A stretch of 64,000 nucleotides of DNA, taken from assembly GCF_036971445.1 (NCBI RefSeq), contig NC_091470.1, forward strand, positions 10,230,001-10,294,000, read 5' to 3'. This stretch comes from Narcine bancroftii (lineage: Eukaryota). Numbering within the stretch: position 1 is the stretch's first letter; each line of letters starts with the position of its first letter. Below the pieces are notes generated by a model, which searched no databases, was not told where the DNA came from, and saw nothing but the letters and a program-made list of their open reading frames with translations. Positions 61,776 to 64,000 of the stretch are shown here, piece after piece. The position numbers and the translations under genes are program-made.

Positions 61776-64000
61776 TATTTTTTTAAAATTATCTTTCACA
61801 CTATGAACCATATTAACCAAAATACACACAAACATTTCCCTCTTGAATATACAGTGTCATTTTCTCCCCTTTTCCCCCTCCCTTCCCTCCCTCCTTCCCA
61901 CCCCCCTCCCTACCTACTCAACGTTCAACATTTATGATACATTAAACCCATTAAACAATGTCATCACACAATGAAAATAAACAAGAAAATTGTGTCATCT
62001 ACTTTTACACACTGGGTCAGTTCATTTCGTCTTCTTCTCATTCTAGCATTTTAGGGGGCGGAGGTCTGCAATAGTACTTCTCTGTTGTGTTCCATGTACG
62101 GTTCCCAAATTTGTTCAAATACTGTGACTTTATTTTTTTTAAATTATATGTTATTTTTTCTAATGGAATACATTTATTCATTTCTATGTACCATTGCTGT
62201 ATTCTCAAGTTGTCTTCTAATTTCCAGGTTGACATAATACATTTTTTTGCTAAAGCTAAGGCTATCATAATAAATCTTTTTTGTGCTTCATCCAAATCGA
62301 GGCCTAGTTCTTTACTTCTTATATTACTTTGAAGAAAGATCTCTGGATTTTTTGGGATGTTGCTTTTTGTGATTTTATTTAATACCTGATTTAGATCTTC
62401 CCAAAACTTTTCCACTTTCTCACATGCCCAAATTGCATGTTTCTGTTTCCTTCTTACAGCAAAAACATCTATCTGATACTGTTGGATCCCATTTATTTAA
62501 CTTTTGGGGCGTGATATATAGCCTGTGTAACCAATTATATTGTATCATGCGTAACCTCGTGTTTATTGTATTTCTCATAGTTCCGGAGCATAGTTTTCCC
62601 ATTTTTTATTTTTTATCTTTATCTTTAGATCTTGTTCCCAGTTTTGTTTGGGTTTACAGCTTATTTCATCATTCTCTTTCTCTTGCAGCTTGATGTACAT
62701 GTTTGTTATAAATCTTTTAATTATCATTGTGTCTGTAATCACATATTCAAAGCTGCTTCCTTCTAGTAATCTCAGTCTTCTTCCCAATTTGTCCTTTAAA
62801 TAGAATTTCTGTTGGTGGTATGCAAACATTGTACCGTGAGTTATACCATATTTGTACTTCCTTTGTTCAAATGATAATAAATTATTTCCCAAAAAGCAAT
62901 TTTTTATTCTTTTAATCCTTTTTCTCTCCCATTCTCTAAAGGAAAGGTTATCTATTGTGAAAGGGATTAGTTGATTTTGTGTCAATAATAATTTTGATAG
63001 TTGGTCATTTTTGTTTTCTTTCTAAGTGAATCTTCTTCCAAATGTTGAGCAGATGGTGCAGTACTGGTGAACTTCTATATTGCACCAGTTTTTCCATCTC
63101 ACTTATAAAATTTATGTTCTGGTACCTTCTCCCCTATTTTATCTAGCTCTAATCTGGTCCAATCTGGTTTTTCCCTTGTTTGATAAAAATCTGATAGATA
63201 TCTTAATTGTGCTGCTCTATAATAATTCTTAAAATTTGGTAGCTGCAAGCCACCTTGTTTGTACCATTCTGTTAATTTATCTGGCGCTATCCTCGGTTTC
63301 CCCCCTTTCCATAAGAATTTCCTTATTATTTTCTTTAGCTCACTGAAGAATTTCTCTGTTAAGGGAATTGGTAATGATTGGGAAGACATTCATTTTAATG
63401 CAATTTACCCTTCCTATCAGTGTTAGTGGTAAATCTTTCCAATGTTCTAAGTCATCTTGTAATTTCTTCATTAATGGCTGATAATTTAATTTGTATAGAT
63501 GGCCTGGATTATTATCTAGTCTAATACCTAGGTATCGGATTGCTTGTGTTTGCCATTTAAATTGTGATTCTTTTTTTAAACTTTAATCTAATAGAAATAT
63601 TGGTCTATATGATGCTGGTGTAAGTGGATCTTTCCCCATCTTTGGTATCACTGTAATTTTTGCTGTTGTACATGAATCTGGCATGTTTTGTGTTTCTTCT
63701 ATCTGGTTCATTACTTCCAGGAGAGGAGGAATTAGTAACTCTTTAAATGTTTATAGAATTCTATTGGGAGTCCGTCCTCTCCAGGCATTTTATTGTTCGG
63801 TAGCTTTTTTAATATATCTTTGTATTTCCTTTATTTCAAATGGTTTTATCAATTTGTTTTGCTCCTCTTCTTGCAATTTCAGTAGTTCAATTTTAGCTAG
63901 AAACTCATCTATTTTGTCTTCTTTCCCTTTGTTCTCAGTTTGGTATAATTGCTCGTAGAATTCATTAAAGTTTTCATTGATCTCTGTTGGGTTATATGTG
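61776..64000 (-). mobile_element. L1/Tx1-clade LINE ORF2 3' half, running off the right edge
   Basis: QSLPIPLTEKFF..IRKFLWKGGKPRI, GGLQLPNFKNYYRAAQL, IQYNWLHRLYITP, DRCFCC; A-rich tail at ~61780. Confidence 0.92.

Overview
Vertebrate genomic DNA, very probably from a batoid or other cartilaginous fish (inferred from the repeat content: CR1, Penelope, Rex1/Babar, HE1-like V-SINE). It is not a prokaryotic or viral locus, and almost all ORFs in the supplied track are artefacts of repeats. Two host genes can be rebuilt by hand from splice sites and reading phase. TMED8 (GOLD domain, - strand) has five coding exons between 28046 and 10100 with fully consistent phases. SAMD15 (SAM domain, + strand) has its last two exons at 54290-54388 and 59321-59494. 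The genes are head-to-head as in mammals. Neither first exon is visible, and both probably lie in the 200-N assembly gap at 43999-44198. The rest is decayed and nested transposons (CR1, Rex1/Babar, L1/Tx1, RTE-BovB-like, Penelope, Gypsy, solo LTRs, and hAT, Harbinger-like and Tigger-like MITEs) plus strongly C-skewed minisatellites. I found no convincing new multi-gene system. The most interesting signals are a tandemly amplified GC-box/CCAAT promoter module at 6.1-7.1 kb, several locally templated insertions (repair-scar-like), hammerhead-like Penelope foldbacks, and a MITE resembling mammalian Tigger4/MER46. Family assignments rest on recalled consensus motifs, not database searches. Transposon boundaries without a stated TSD are approximate.
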